Source of the DNA: Candidatus Pacearchaeota archaeon
GTDB lineage: Archaea; Nanobdellota; Nanobdellia; Pacearchaeales; JAPDKA01
Direction of reading: 5' to 3'
Assembly (NCBI GenBank): GCA_038840695.1
Contig: JAWBVE010000004.1
Location: forward strand, 774-64,773
Length of the DNA stretch: 64,000 nt
Shown: positions 45,861 through 55,407 of the stretch, in pieces
Layout: each line of letters opens with the position of its first letter
Numbering within the stretch: position 1 is the stretch's first letter
Position numbers and translations under genes: made by a program
The notes under the pieces: generated by a model
Told to the model about the DNA's origin: nothing
Seen by the model: the letters and a program-made list of their open reading frames with translations, nothing else
The model's database searches: none

Positions 45861-46808
45861 ATGAGATGGTGGAGGGAGGTTGGGGAAAACGAGAAAAAAG
45901 TAATTCGTTGCCATTTTTGTAAAAAAATAAAAGAAGGAGTGCATTTAAGAAGTTATAATTTGAGAGTTTGTTTTGATTGTTTTTTAAATTTTTTTAGGAA
46001 AAGAGTACAGGAAACAATAGAGAAATTTAAAATGTTTAACAAAGAAGAAAAAATTGCAGTAGCAATTTCTGGCGGCAAAGATTCTGTTGCTTTGGCGAGG
46101 GTTTTGAAGGATTTAGGATATAAAATTTCTCTTTTTCATATTAATACTAACATTAAAGAAGAAAATTATGCTGAAAATTCAGAAAAGGCAGTAAAAGAAT
46201 TTGCTCAGCGAGAAAATTTGCCATTAAAAATTATAAAGCTCGAAGATGAAATTGGGGTTGATATTAAATTAGCTTCTAAAATTTCAAAAAAAGAAATTTG
46301 TGGAATTTGTGGGATGATAAAGAGATATCTCTTAAATAGAGAAGCAAAAGATTTTGATGTAATAGTAACTGGCCATACTTTAGATGATGAAGCGGCTTCG
46401 CTTTTATCTTCTCTAATTTTTTGGAAAGAATTTGTTGCTAGACAGTGGCCAATACTTAATGAAAAAGAAACTTTAAAGAGAAAAGCAAAACCATTAAGTT
46501 TGGTTTTTGAAAAAAATACTGAACTTTTTTGCCAAATATTGAATCTTCCTTACAATCCTCAGCCATGCCCATTGAGGGGAGGCACTTATATATTTTTTAA
46601 AAATTTTATCCATTCTTTAGAGAAAGCGATGCCTTCTTCCGTCTTAAATTTTTATAAAGGGTTCTTGCGAAGAAAGAAACAAATTTTATGGCAAGATGAA
46701 GATGAAAAATTAGAGCCCTGTGAGAAATGCGGGTATCTTACTGTTGCAAAAATTTGCAGTTTTTGTAGGTTAAAAGAAAAAATAGAAAGATGGAAAAACA
46801 AAAGTTAA
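45861..46808 (+). CDS. ttuA: TtuA/Ncs6-type tRNA 2-thiolation PP-loop ATPase
   Basis: The track start 45849 is TTG; an ATG lies at 45861. N-terminal Zn finger CHFCKK..CFDCF. PP-loop IAVAISGGKDS. C-terminal Zn finger CEKCGY...CSFC. Confidence 0.75.
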   Translation: MRWWREVGENEKKVIRCHFCKKIKEGVHLRSYNLRVCFDCFLNFFRKRVQETIEKFKMFNKEEKIAVAISGGKDSVALARVLKDLGYKISLFHINTNIKEENYAENSEKAVKEFAQRENLPLKIIKLEDEIGVDIKLASKISKKEICGICGMIKRYLLNREAKDFDVIVTGHTLDDEAASLLSSLIFWKEFVARQWPILNEKETLKRKAKPLSLVFEKNTELFCQILNLPYNPQPCPLRGGTYIFFKNFIHSLEKAMPSSVLNFYKGFLRRKKQILWQDEDEKLEPCEKCGYLTVAKICSFCRLKEKIERWKNKS

Positions 46809-47455
46809 AACAAAAATTAAAAAGGACAACGAGCCAAAAAAGAAAATTAGCTCTTTTGCAATTGCAAAAAATAAAAGCCATTCTCAAGAGAGAAGCTAAA
46901 AAAATAAGGTTGGCAGCTGAGTGGCGTGAGCCATGGCAAGTGTTAATTGCAACTATCTTATCTGCTCAAAGCAGGGATGAAAAAACAATTGAAGTAGCAC
47001 AAAAACTTTTTAAAACTTATAGCTCATTAAAGGCTCTTGCTAATGCTGAAATAAGCAAGGTAGAAAAAATTATTCGTGAAATAAATTTTTATAGAACAAA
47101 GGCGAGGGCCATAGTAAGGACAGCACGAATAATAATTAAAAAATATAAAGGCAAAATTCCTGCTCAGCGAGAAGAGCTGATGAAGTTGCCAGGTGTAGGG
47201 CGAAAAGTTGCAAATGTTTATCTTGTGCAAGTTCATAAAGCTGCAGCAATTGGCGTTGATACTCATGTTGCTTTTTTGTCTAGAGTTTTAGGATGGACAA
47301 AAAGCAAAAGCCAAATCAAAATAGAAAAAGACCTCGAGGCTTTATTCCCAAGCCGCTATTGGAATGAAATCAATTATGTTCTTGTTAGATTTGGTAGGCT
47401 TTATAGGACAAGAAAAATGCAAGTAGAAAAGTTAAAAGCAGAAGGCATTATATGA
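46790..47455 (+). CDS. nth: endonuclease III-like HhH-GPD DNA glycosylase, no Fe-S cluster motif
   Basis: LIATILSAQSRDE is present. The HhH-GPD block is LMKLPGVGRKVANVYLV...GVDTHV. There is no C-terminal Cys4 cluster. Confidence 0.8.
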   Translation: MEKQKLKQKLKRTTSQKRKLALLQLQKIKAILKREAKKIRLAAEWREPWQVLIATILSAQSRDEKTIEVAQKLFKTYSSLKALANAEISKVEKIIREINFYRTKARAIVRTARIIIKKYKGKIPAQREELMKLPGVGRKVANVYLVQVHKAAAIGVDTHVAFLSRVLGWTKSKSQIKIEKDLEALFPSRYWNEINYVLVRFGRLYRTRKMQVEKLKAEGII

Positions 47456-47467
47456 AAGTATATTGGC

Positions 47468-47725
47468 TTAGGAGCAGCCAGTCTTTTTTAGAGCTTCTTT
47501 AATTTTTTCTCTACTTGAGCTTTTTACTTTTGTAGTTGTAGGATATTTTTTGACTTTATACTTCACAAAAAGCTTAATTTCACCCTCTCCAAGATTTTTA
47601 TATGTTTTTTTCAGTGCCCAAAATTTTCCAATAGCACAGTCCTCTTCAAGCGGCTTTTTCATTAGTCCAATAACAAAAAACAAATGAATAACAAAATAAA
47701 TAAATAACAAGAAAGTCAAAATCAA
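47468..47725 (-). CDS. small hypothetical membrane protein
   Basis: 85-aa ORF with a TTG track start. Weak support. Confidence 0.2.
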   Translation of the reverse strand: MILTFLLFIYFVIHLFFVIGLMKKPLEEDCAIGKFWALKKTYKNLGEGEIKLFVKYKVKKYPTTTKVKSSSREKIKEALKKTGCS

Positions 47726-47844
47726 ATCAGTAAAAATTAAAAAATAAATTAAAAAATAAATTAATTTAAACTAAAACCTAAGAACTAAAAATCTAAAACT
47801 AAATCTCAAAAATTGGAAAATCAAAAGCTGCTGCATGTTGAAAA

Positions 47845-48333
47845 ATGATACAACGAACACTTGTGCTATTGAAGCCTGATGCAGTGAAAAGGGGCTTGAT
47901 TGGCAGAATTATCCAGCGTTTTGAGGATGCAGGATTGAAAATAGTGGCTGCAAAGATGGTTTGGGCTAGTAAAGAGCAAGCAGATAAGCATTATTTTGAT
48001 CTTGGCATAAGGCGTGGAGAACATGTTAAGAAAAGAATGATTGACTTCCTTACACAGGGCCCTATATTGGCTCTTGTGCTGGAAGGAATAGAAGCAGTCG
48101 ATGTTGTGAGAAAAATGGTAGGAGGCACTGAACCGAAAACAGCGCCGCCAGGAACAATTCGAGGCGATTTTGCACATCAAAGCTTTATGTATGCTGATGC
48201 AAAAAATAAAGGAGTTCCTAACTTAATTCATGCTTCCAGTAGCCTTGAAGAAGCCAAGAAAGAGATAAAGCTATGGTTTAAGGATAGCGAAATTCATAGC
48301 TATAAAACTGTTCATGAAGAATTTGTGTTCTGA
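47845..48333 (+). CDS. ndk: nucleoside diphosphate kinase
   Basis: RTLVLLKPDAVKRGLIGRIIQRFE is present. The active-site block is NLIHASSS (N.IHGSD-type with the catalytic His). 162 aa. Confidence 0.9.
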   Translation: MIQRTLVLLKPDAVKRGLIGRIIQRFEDAGLKIVAAKMVWASKEQADKHYFDLGIRRGEHVKKRMIDFLTQGPILALVLEGIEAVDVVRKMVGGTEPKTAPPGTIRGDFAHQSFMYADAKNKGVPNLIHASSSLEEAKKEIKLWFKDSEIHSYKTVHEEFVF

Positions 48334-48412
48334 TTTAAAAATGCAAAGAGCGCAAAGGCGAAGAAGGCAAAAAGAGCGAGAGGAGCATAAAGAAAAAGCA
48401 AAAGCGAGAGGA

Positions 48413-49093
48413 ATGGCAGAAATAGCGCGAGGAGCAGAAGCAGTTCTTTATAGAAGCAATGGCAAGCTCTTGAAAATAAGAGAGAGTAAAGAATATAGAC
48501 ATAAAGAAATTGATGTAGAGCTAAGAAAATATAGAACAAGGCATGAGGGAAGAATTATTCAGAGACTTTCTCATATAATTCCAGTGCCGATTGTTTATGA
48601 AGTTAATGAGGAGAGCAGTAAGATTGTGATGGAATTTATTGAAGGAAAAAAGTTAAGTGAAAGCCTAGAAAGCTTTAGTCACGCAGAGCGAGAGATTATT
48701 GCTACACAGGTAGGAGAGAGCATTGCATTGATGCATAATGTAGGCATTATACATGGTGATCTAACGACGAGTAACATGATCTATAGAGAAGGAAAGGTCT
48801 ACTTTATTGATTTTGGTCTTGCTTTTCATAGCCAGCGAATAGAAGATAAGGCGGTAGATATCTACTTGCTTATTCAAGCTTTGAAGGCAAAGCACTATAA
48901 AATATGGCGCGCCTTTGTTGAAGCCATATTAAAAGCTTATTTTAAAAAAGTAGATAATGGCCAAGCAATAAAGGCACAACTCGCAAAAGTCGAGGCTCGA
49001 CGAAGATACAAGGGAAAGGCAACCAAAGAAGGCAAGGAAAGTGCAAAAGGAGAAGGCGAGGAAGGCATGAGCGAAAGCATTGAAATGCATTGA
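48413..49093 (+). CDS. bud32: KEOPS complex kinase Bud32 (RIO-type)
   Basis: The ATG at 48413 follows the ndk stop; the track start 48314 overlaps ndk. RTRHEGRIIQRL is present. MEFIEGKKL is present. The catalytic loop is IIHGDLTTSNMI. FIDFGLA is present. Confidence 0.75.
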   Translation: MAEIARGAEAVLYRSNGKLLKIRESKEYRHKEIDVELRKYRTRHEGRIIQRLSHIIPVPIVYEVNEESSKIVMEFIEGKKLSESLESFSHAEREIIATQVGESIALMHNVGIIHGDLTTSNMIYREGKVYFIDFGLAFHSQRIEDKAVDIYLLIQALKAKHYKIWRAFVEAILKAYFKKVDNGQAIKAQLAKVEARRRYKGKATKEGKESAKGEGEEGMSESIEMH

Positions 49094-49114
49094 AATCAAT
49101 TTTTAAATCAATTT

Positions 49115-50887
49115 TTAAGGCTCAATTTCTATTTTCCAGTCTGGGAGTGCTTTCTCCAAGAGATGGGCTGTGACAATTCTCGGTTCATAGCCATATTTAC
49201 TGTCACTTTTGCATACTTTGATTTTTTTATTTTTTGAATCAATTTCCATCAATCCTCCACCAATGGGTTTAATGTGATAATCCTCTATAATGTCAGAAAC
49301 TCCCTTTTCTCTAGTATCACATACAAGAGATAAATAACCATCTCTATTAAGCCCAAGTACAAATGATCCTTCTTCCTTAGGTTTTTCCCCATAAACTAAC
49401 TCTACATAAGCATCATATGGAAAGTAAAGTACTTTTTTTTCTATCCGCTCTCCAGCTCTCACAACATGGATGCCTTCTTTTCTTGCATATTCCTCTATCT
49501 CTTCAGGGAAAAGGCTCTCAACCTTTTTTGGCACTTTTAACTTTATTCCTAAAATTTCCGCCTCTTTCTCCATTCCCCTTGCAAAATTAACGAGCCCTTT
49601 CCTCAATGCTGATAAATATGCTTCACTTAATTTTTCTGCAGCTTTTTCTTCATTTAGTTTTATCCTTTGCTTCTCTGCATATTCCTTAACCCATTTTCCC
49701 CTCACATAATCAGTGGTTGAGCTTAGAGCATGTAAATATCCTTCATTTAAGGCTTCGTTAACTTTTTCTCCTTTTTCTAGTTCTATCCCTTTTCTTTTTG
49801 CATAATTCTCAATCCTTTCTGCTTCCTTTACATCACCTTCTCTTAAGCATCGTAAATATCCTTCATTTAAAGCCCCTTCAATTTCTTTTTTTAGTTCAAT
49901 GTCAACATACTTTGCTAAATCTTCAATTTCATATACTTTCTCTAATTTACCTTCTTTTAACTTAGTAACAAATGCTTTATCAAGTGCTTCCTTTATTTTT
50001 CTTTTGTCTAGCTCAATTCCTTTTTCTTTTGCGATATATGTAATATCTTTTGCAGAATTAAAGTATCCTTCCTCTATATCATTTAAACACTCTTGCCCTA
50101 ATTTTTCTTTCAATTTTTTGCTTAATTTCTCACCTAAATTTTTTTCTACATATTCCTTAATTTCTTTGTTGGATTTATATTTTTCTTCAATTTTTTTGGT
50201 AGAAGCTCTTCCAGACTCTGTCACAATTTTTCTTAAATGCTCTATATAACCTTCAGCTAGCGCATCATCAAATTTTTCATCTTTTTCTAATTTTATAGAT
50301 CTTTCTGTTGCATATTCTTCAATTTCTTTTATTTGTTTGAGTTTTTTGTCCTTTATATCCTTCAAAGTTTTTAAATATCCTTCCTTCAAAGCTTCTTTTA
50401 CTTCTCTATCTACTTCTAATTTTATTTCTTTTTCTCTTGCATATTCCTCTATTTCTTTTGCATAGTTAATCTCGCCCTCCTTTAAAACATTTAAATACCC
50501 TTTTTTAATTGCTTTTTCTATCTCTTTTCCTTTTAATTCTATACCTTTCTTTTCAGCATATTCTTCGATATCTTTTGCTATTAATATTCTCCCTTCGCTT
50601 AATTCCTTGAGGTATGCATTATTAATTGCACCTTCCAATTTATCTTTTTCTAGTTCTAATTTTATTCCTTTCTCTTTTGCATATTCCTCAACCTTTCTTG
50701 CAGAAGCTATTCTTCCTTGCTCAATACAACCTATCAGTCCTTCTTCCAATGCTTTTTTTGAAAAAGGAATAGATTCTATTATTTGCTTTTCTATAGTTTC
50801 TATGTACTCTTCCTTGTGAAATGTTGCTTTTGTCTTTTTTAATTTCTCAATTCCAGCCCCACACCCTTTAAAACTTACAATCGTCAT
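49115..50887 (-). CDS. tandem-repeat protein (~12 copies of a ~37-aa EYAxEKGIxL...GYL..LxEG helical repeat) with unique C-terminal domain
   Basis: ATG at 50887. The repeat is obvious in translation (IEEYAREKEIKLEVDREVKEALKEGYLKTLK, etc.). C-terminal ~110-aa domain FVLGLNRDGYLSLVCDTREKG...IKPIGGGLMEID. Convergent with bud32. Confidence 0.5.
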   Translation of the reverse strand: MTIVSFKGCGAGIEKLKKTKATFHKEEYIETIEKQIIESIPFSKKALEEGLIGCIEQGRIASARKVEEYAKEKGIKLELEKDKLEGAINNAYLKELSEGRILIAKDIEEYAEKKGIELKGKEIEKAIKKGYLNVLKEGEINYAKEIEEYAREKEIKLEVDREVKEALKEGYLKTLKDIKDKKLKQIKEIEEYATERSIKLEKDEKFDDALAEGYIEHLRKIVTESGRASTKKIEEKYKSNKEIKEYVEKNLGEKLSKKLKEKLGQECLNDIEEGYFNSAKDITYIAKEKGIELDKRKIKEALDKAFVTKLKEGKLEKVYEIEDLAKYVDIELKKEIEGALNEGYLRCLREGDVKEAERIENYAKRKGIELEKGEKVNEALNEGYLHALSSTTDYVRGKWVKEYAEKQRIKLNEEKAAEKLSEAYLSALRKGLVNFARGMEKEAEILGIKLKVPKKVESLFPEEIEEYARKEGIHVVRAGERIEKKVLYFPYDAYVELVYGEKPKEEGSFVLGLNRDGYLSLVCDTREKGVSDIIEDYHIKPIGGGLMEIDSKNKKIKVCKSDSKYGYEPRIVTAHLLEKALPDWKIEIEP

Positions 50888-50996
50888 TTTTTGTCTTTTT
50901 CGACTTATGATTTATTTAATCATTACATTTTTTAAATATTTTGCAGGCAAGCCGAGAAGATTGCAGAATGCGCTTATTGCATGGCATTTAATTAAG

Positions 50997-51006
50997 TTTT
51001 TAAAAT
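50997..51006 (+). promoter_or_regulatory. TATA-box-like element upstream of tRNA-Gln (and the S8 protease gene)
   Basis: TTTTTAAAAT is centred about 27 nt upstream of the tRNA-Gln 5' end (51029). Confidence 0.3.
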
Positions 51007-51028
51007 TCTCGGCGCTTTTATAATAAGC

Positions 51029-51101
51029 AGCCCCGTGGTGTAGCGGTCAAGCATACAGGCCTTTGGAGCCTGTGACGTCGGTTCGAATCCGACCGGGGCT
51101 A
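51029..51101 (+). tRNA. tRNA-Gln (anticodon UUG)
   Basis: Acceptor AGCCCCG/CGGGGCU (A1:U72). D arm GUGU-AGCGGUCAA-GCAU. Anticodon arm CAGGC-CUUUGGA-GCCUG. T arm GUCGG-UUCGAAU-CCGAC. Discriminator A. Confidence 0.85.
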
Positions 51102-51107
51102 TAAGAA

Positions 51108-54100
51108 ATGGAATCGAAAAGAGGGCAGGGAAAAAAGCAAAAGTTAAAGCTTAAAGGCAAGAGCTTGAGCTTTCTTTTTCTTTTTATTTTATTTTTGCTT
51201 TTATTGCTTTGCCTTGCTTCTTATTTTTCTCTTTCTTATTCCAAAGCTTTGACTTTTTCATTCTTTCCTTATTTTATTAAGGAAGAGATAAGTAAGATAA
51301 GCACTGGTGAAAATATGGGCAGCAGTAGCGAGAATGTTAAGATAAGTGAGGATGTGTTGGAAGCACTGACGGCAGGGCAAAAGGTCAGAGTTGCAGTTGT
51401 TTTAAAAAGAGAGAAAAGAAATTTGAAAGGAATAAATGAAATTTCAAACCTGATTGAAAGCTCGGTTGGGAAAAAAATAAAGCATAAATTTTCTAATGCC
51501 ATAATAACTCTTGATGTTACAGAGCCAGAGCTTGAGGCTTTGAGGCATTTGAAAGGAATTGAGAGGATAGAAAAAGTTGGCATAAAGCAGGTTTTCTTGC
51601 AAGATAGTGTTAATATTGTAAATGCAAGTCAAGTCTGGAATTTGCAAGTTAATGGTGTTAATATAACGGGAGCAGGCGAAAGTGTTTGTGTTATTGATAC
51701 TGGCATAAATTATTCGCATGCTGATTTAGGTGGTTGCTTTGGGGCTGGCTGTAAAGTTATTAGCGGCTATGATTTTTGTGCAGATGACTCAACTTGTAGT
51801 ACTAGCGACTCTGATCCGAGAGATGTTCATGGTCATGGCACGCATGTTGCAGGCATTATAGCTGCTAGCGGCTCTATTAAAGGCATAGCTCCTGATGCTA
51901 AGCTTATTGCTTTAAAAGTTTGTAATGCAACAGGCTCTTGTTGGGATGATGATGTAAAAGCGGCAATTGATTGGTGTATTGCAAATGCATCTATCTTTAA
52001 CATTTCAGTCATAAGCATTTCTCTTGGCGGCGGACTTTATGCTAACTATTGTGACTATATTGATGATCCGCAAAATATAACTGCAAGTATAAATAGCGCA
52101 GTAGCTAATAACATATCAGTAATAGCGGCTAGTGGCAATCAAGGAAGTACAACACGCATTGCAAGCCCTGCATGTATAAGGAATGTAACAGCTGTAGCAG
52201 CAACAACGAAGAGTGATGCAATATGGAGTTCATCAAATAGAAATAATATAACAGATCTAGTGGCCCCTGGAGAAAACATAAACTCAACTTGTATAGATGG
52301 CAGTTATTGTTTAAAAAGCGGCACGAGCATGGCAACTCCTCATGTTTCAGGAGCTTTTGCTCTGATTAGGCAATTTAAAAGATTAGAAAAAAATAAAATC
52401 TTAACACCTCAACAAATTCAGGATGTGTTAAATAATAGCGGCAAGCTAATTTATGATTCAGGAAGCGGCTTAAATTTTTCTCGCATTAACGTTTATTCAG
52501 CAATTTTAAGCATAGACGAGACCGCTCCTGAAATTCAATTTGTTGCTCCGACAGAGGCGAGTGGTGCATTGTTGAGCAGAAATTATATTCAAGTAAATGT
52601 TACAGCAAGCGATAGCATTAGTGGATTAAAAAATATGACGGCTTATTTATATAATGCAACACATCTAATTAATTCAACAAGCTCGAATGGGGCAAGTGGA
52701 ACTTTATTTATCAATTTCACTAATCTTAGTGATGGCGTTTATTATTTTAATGCAACAGCCTACGACAATGCTGGCAACTTGAATGTTACAGAAACACGAA
52801 ATGTAACAATCGACACAACAAGCCCGGCCATTCAATTTGTTGCTCCTACGCCGAGCAATGGCAGCTTTGTAAATGCTAGCTGGATTTTTATTAATATAAG
52901 CTCAAATGAGGCTTTGAGCATGGCAATTCTTGAGTGGAATGGCACAAATGAGAGCATGCAAGGTAGTGGAAGCAATTGGTATCTTAACAAAACATCTCTT
53001 GCTGAAGAAAGTTATAGCTTTAAGGTCTATGCTAATGACTCTGTTGGCAATACGAATGTAACACAAGAAATGATTGTTTCAATTGATCTTACACAACCAA
53101 CAATAGAATTTAATCCAGATAGCGATATAAGCGGAACTTATGAGAGAGATTGGATTTTTGTTAATGTAAGTTGCTCTGATTTGCATAAAAGTTTAGTATT
53201 ATTAAATTGGAATGGAACAGATGAAGGTTTTGATAGCAGTGAAGGCGATAGCTATTGGAAAAACAAAACTGGCTTGAGCGATGGAGAGCATATCTTTTAT
53301 GCCTGGTGCAATGATGCTGCTGGAAATAGCAATTTCACTGAAGCACGAGTAGTAATTATTGCTGCACAACCACCTGCAATAGCTCTTGAAAGTCCGCCGG
53401 GTGAATTAGCAACAAACAATGTAACAATTCAGTTTAATTGTTCTGCAAGTGATGGAAATGGTTTAGCCAATATTACACTCTGGCACAACTTTGGTGGATG
53501 GCATGCAAATGAGACTCATGCTGTGAGTGGGCAAAGTAATGCTACAGTATTCATAAAGGAATTTGCCGATGGAAACTATGTCTGGAGTTGTTCTGCATGT
53601 GATAGTTTTGGGCAATGCAATGAAAGCGGTCAAAACAGAAGTTTTGTGATAGATACCATTATGCCAAGCATTGATAATGTGAATGTTACAGGGCTAACTT
53701 CTTCGAGTGCAACAATTGTTTGGGATACTAGTGAAAGCAGTAATTCGAGTATAAATTATGGCAAAAGTCTTGCTTTAGGAATGCTAAGAGCAGATGCCAA
53801 CTTAGTTTTGCAGCATTCAATTACTTTAAATGGCTTAAGTGCATCGACTCTTTATTATTACAATGTAACTAGCTGTGATATTGCAGGCAATTGCAATACA
53901 ACAGGGCCTTTCAATTTCACTACCCTCGCTGGCGGAGGAGGCGGCGGTGGCGGAGGCGCAGGCGGTGGTGGAGCTGGAGGAGGAGCTGGAGGAGGAGCAG
54001 CAGGCGGAGCTGGCGGCGGTTTTGGCGGAGTAAGCGAAGCGAGCCAAACTGAAAAAGGCAGCACATTTGATATTTCACAAGAGCTTGAGACAAATTTATT

Positions 54101-54677
54101 TTCTAAAGTAGAAGTTAAAGCCAAGGATAAAATTATTTTTAAATTAAAAGCCGAGCAGCATACTATTTTTATTGAAGCTATAGGAAGCGATTTTATTGAG
54201 ATAACTGTTAAGAGTAATGAAATAAGAAAAAGAATTTATTTAAATGAGAAAGTCAGCTTTGATATTGATGCTGATAACAAGGCCGATTTTTCTCTAACTT
54301 TAGAAAGAATTATTGACAGAAAAGCTGTAATAAAGCTTGAGCTTCTTTGTGATTGCCCGCAATGCAGTGCATGGAGTGCTTGTGTTAATGGCACAACGAG
54401 CAGGGAATGCTATCGATGTGTGCTTGGAGAGTGCCAAGCCTTTAACGAGACAATATCGTGCCAAGTGCCAAAACAAATAAAAGCAGCAAAATTACTTAAG
54501 CTTTTCTTAGTGCTTGGGGTAATAATTTCCATAATTCTTGCATTAATTGTTATTGGAATAATGAGACTTCTAAGAGAAGAGAAAAGGGAAGGGAGGAAAG
54601 AAGAAAGAGGAGAGGAGAAAAAAGAAGAAAAAAGCAGGCAGAAAATATTTGAAAAAGCACAAATAGAGGGAACATAA
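51108..54677 (+). CDS. membrane-anchored subtilisin-like serine protease (S8) with I9 propeptide, multiple Ig-like/FN3-like domains and poly-Gly/Ala linker
   Basis: Signal peptide. The catalytic triad is Asp (VCVIDTGINYSHADLGG), His (HGTHVAGIIAA) and Ser (GTSMATPHVSGAFAL). Repeated beta-domains carry NxT/S motifs. GGGGGGGGAGGGGAGGGAGGGAAGGAGGG at nt ~53928-54030. C-terminal TM LVLGVIISIILALIVIGIM with a charged tail. Confidence 0.85.
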   Translation: MESKRGQGKKQKLKLKGKSLSFLFLFILFLLLLLCLASYFSLSYSKALTFSFFPYFIKEEISKISTGENMGSSSENVKISEDVLEALTAGQKVRVAVVLKREKRNLKGINEISNLIESSVGKKIKHKFSNAIITLDVTEPELEALRHLKGIERIEKVGIKQVFLQDSVNIVNASQVWNLQVNGVNITGAGESVCVIDTGINYSHADLGGCFGAGCKVISGYDFCADDSTCSTSDSDPRDVHGHGTHVAGIIAASGSIKGIAPDAKLIALKVCNATGSCWDDDVKAAIDWCIANASIFNISVISISLGGGLYANYCDYIDDPQNITASINSAVANNISVIAASGNQGSTTRIASPACIRNVTAVAATTKSDAIWSSSNRNNITDLVAPGENINSTCIDGSYCLKSGTSMATPHVSGAFALIRQFKRLEKNKILTPQQIQDVLNNSGKLIYDSGSGLNFSRINVYSAILSIDETAPEIQFVAPTEASGALLSRNYIQVNVTASDSISGLKNMTAYLYNATHLINSTSSNGASGTLFINFTNLSDGVYYFNATAYDNAGNLNVTETRNVTIDTTSPAIQFVAPTPSNGSFVNASWIFINISSNEALSMAILEWNGTNESMQGSGSNWYLNKTSLAEESYSFKVYANDSVGNTNVTQEMIVSIDLTQPTIEFNPDSDISGTYERDWIFVNVSCSDLHKSLVLLNWNGTDEGFDSSEGDSYWKNKTGLSDGEHIFYAWCNDAAGNSNFTEARVVIIAAQPPAIALESPPGELATNNVTIQFNCSASDGNGLANITLWHNFGGWHANETHAVSGQSNATVFIKEFADGNYVWSCSACDSFGQCNESGQNRSFVIDTIMPSIDNVNVTGLTSSSATIVWDTSESSNSSINYGKSLALGMLRADANLVLQHSITLNGLSASTLYYYNVTSCDIAGNCNTTGPFNFTTLAGGGGGGGGGAGGGGAGGGAGGGAAGGAGGGFGGVSEASQTEKGSTFDISQELETNLFSKVEVKAKDKIIFKLKAEQHTIFIEAIGSDFIEITVKSNEIRKRIYLNEKVSFDIDADNKADFSLTLERIIDRKAVIKLELLCDCPQCSAWSACVNGTTSRECYRCVLGECQAFNETISCQVPKQIKAAKLLKLFLVLGVIISIILALIVIGIMRLLREEKREGRKEERGEEKKEEKSRQKIFEKAQIEGT
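53928..54030 (+). repeat. GGN/GCN codon microsatellite encoding poly-Gly/Ala linker inside the S8 protease gene
   Basis: ggcggaggaggcggcggtggcggaggcgcaggcggtggtggagctggagg... is continuous GGN/GCN and translates to GGGGGGGGAGGGGAGGGAGGGAAGGAGGG. Confidence 0.8.
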
Positions 54678-54733
54678 ATAGAGCCTAGTAGGGCTTAGCA
54701 AATCTTTTTAAAACTTAATCAAATATTCTTGGA

Positions 54734-55195
54734 ATGGAGAGCGAGAAAAAGAAAGAGAAAAGTGAGAAAGAAAAGGAGAGAAAAGAAGAAAAAAAGAAAA
54801 AAGTGAAAGTGACAAAGGTGGGGCGAGCAGAGAAAGCAGAGAGGATGGCGATTGGGGAGAAAGCGCAAATGCCAAAATCAGATGAAGTTGAAAAGCTTGT
54901 AGTTGAGCTTTTTAAGCAAGGTAATAGCCCGGAAAAAATAGGAATGATTCTGCGTGATAGCTATGGCATTGGCGATGTTAAAGCTATAACTGGAAAAAAA
55001 ATTACTCGAATTTTAAAAGAAAAAGGTTTTAAGGTTTTTCCTCCAGATCTTCTTGCCCTGCAAGAAAAAATGAAAGCTTTGCAGAAACATTTTGAAAAGC
55101 ATAAGCATGATTATGTTGCAAAGCGGAGACTACAAAGGCTCGAAGCACAAATAAGAATTTTGACTGATTATCATAAAAGAAGACATAATATATAG
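54734..55195 (+). CDS. rps15: 30S ribosomal protein S15 (uS15, S13e-type) with K/E-rich N-terminal extension
   Basis: VEKLVVELFKQGNSPEKIGMILRDSYGIGDVKAITGKKITRILKEKGF and the C-terminal helical YVAKRRLQRLEAQIRILTDYHKR match archaeal S15. Confidence 0.75.
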   Translation: MESEKKKEKSEKEKERKEEKKKKVKVTKVGRAEKAERMAIGEKAQMPKSDEVEKLVVELFKQGNSPEKIGMILRDSYGIGDVKAITGKKITRILKEKGFKVFPPDLLALQEKMKALQKHFEKHKHDYVAKRRLQRLEAQIRILTDYHKRRHNI

Positions 55196-55407
55196 CAGCA
55201 AAGCCAGGAGAGAGAACGAACGGAGCAACACGGGCTAGGCAATGGAGGCAGGAAAAATGAACGAGACAGGCAAAAGAGACGAGACGCGAGAGAGTTGAGA
55301 GGCAAGAGGTACAAGATGAGAAGCTTTGAGGCAGTTGAGTTAAACATTGAGTTTGGTTATTGGAAAGGAGTTCTAAAAGCTTTTAAATTAAGGCCTTAAG
55401 CTTTTTT

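Noticed and set aside
49077-49120. Short tandem duplications (gcattgaaat x2; caatttttaa x2) at the bud32 3' end as a functional repeat element
   Set aside because: They are very short. They span the stop codon and the convergent terminator region. They are most simply slippage duplications in a T/A-rich terminator, with no further copies seen.
53835-54124. Antisense ORFs (Pro-rich 88 aa; Ser/Ala-rich 70 aa) inside the S8 protease gene
   Set aside because: They are the reverse complement of the GGN/GCN poly-Gly/Ala microsatellite (NCC codons give Pro/Ala) and have no independent support.
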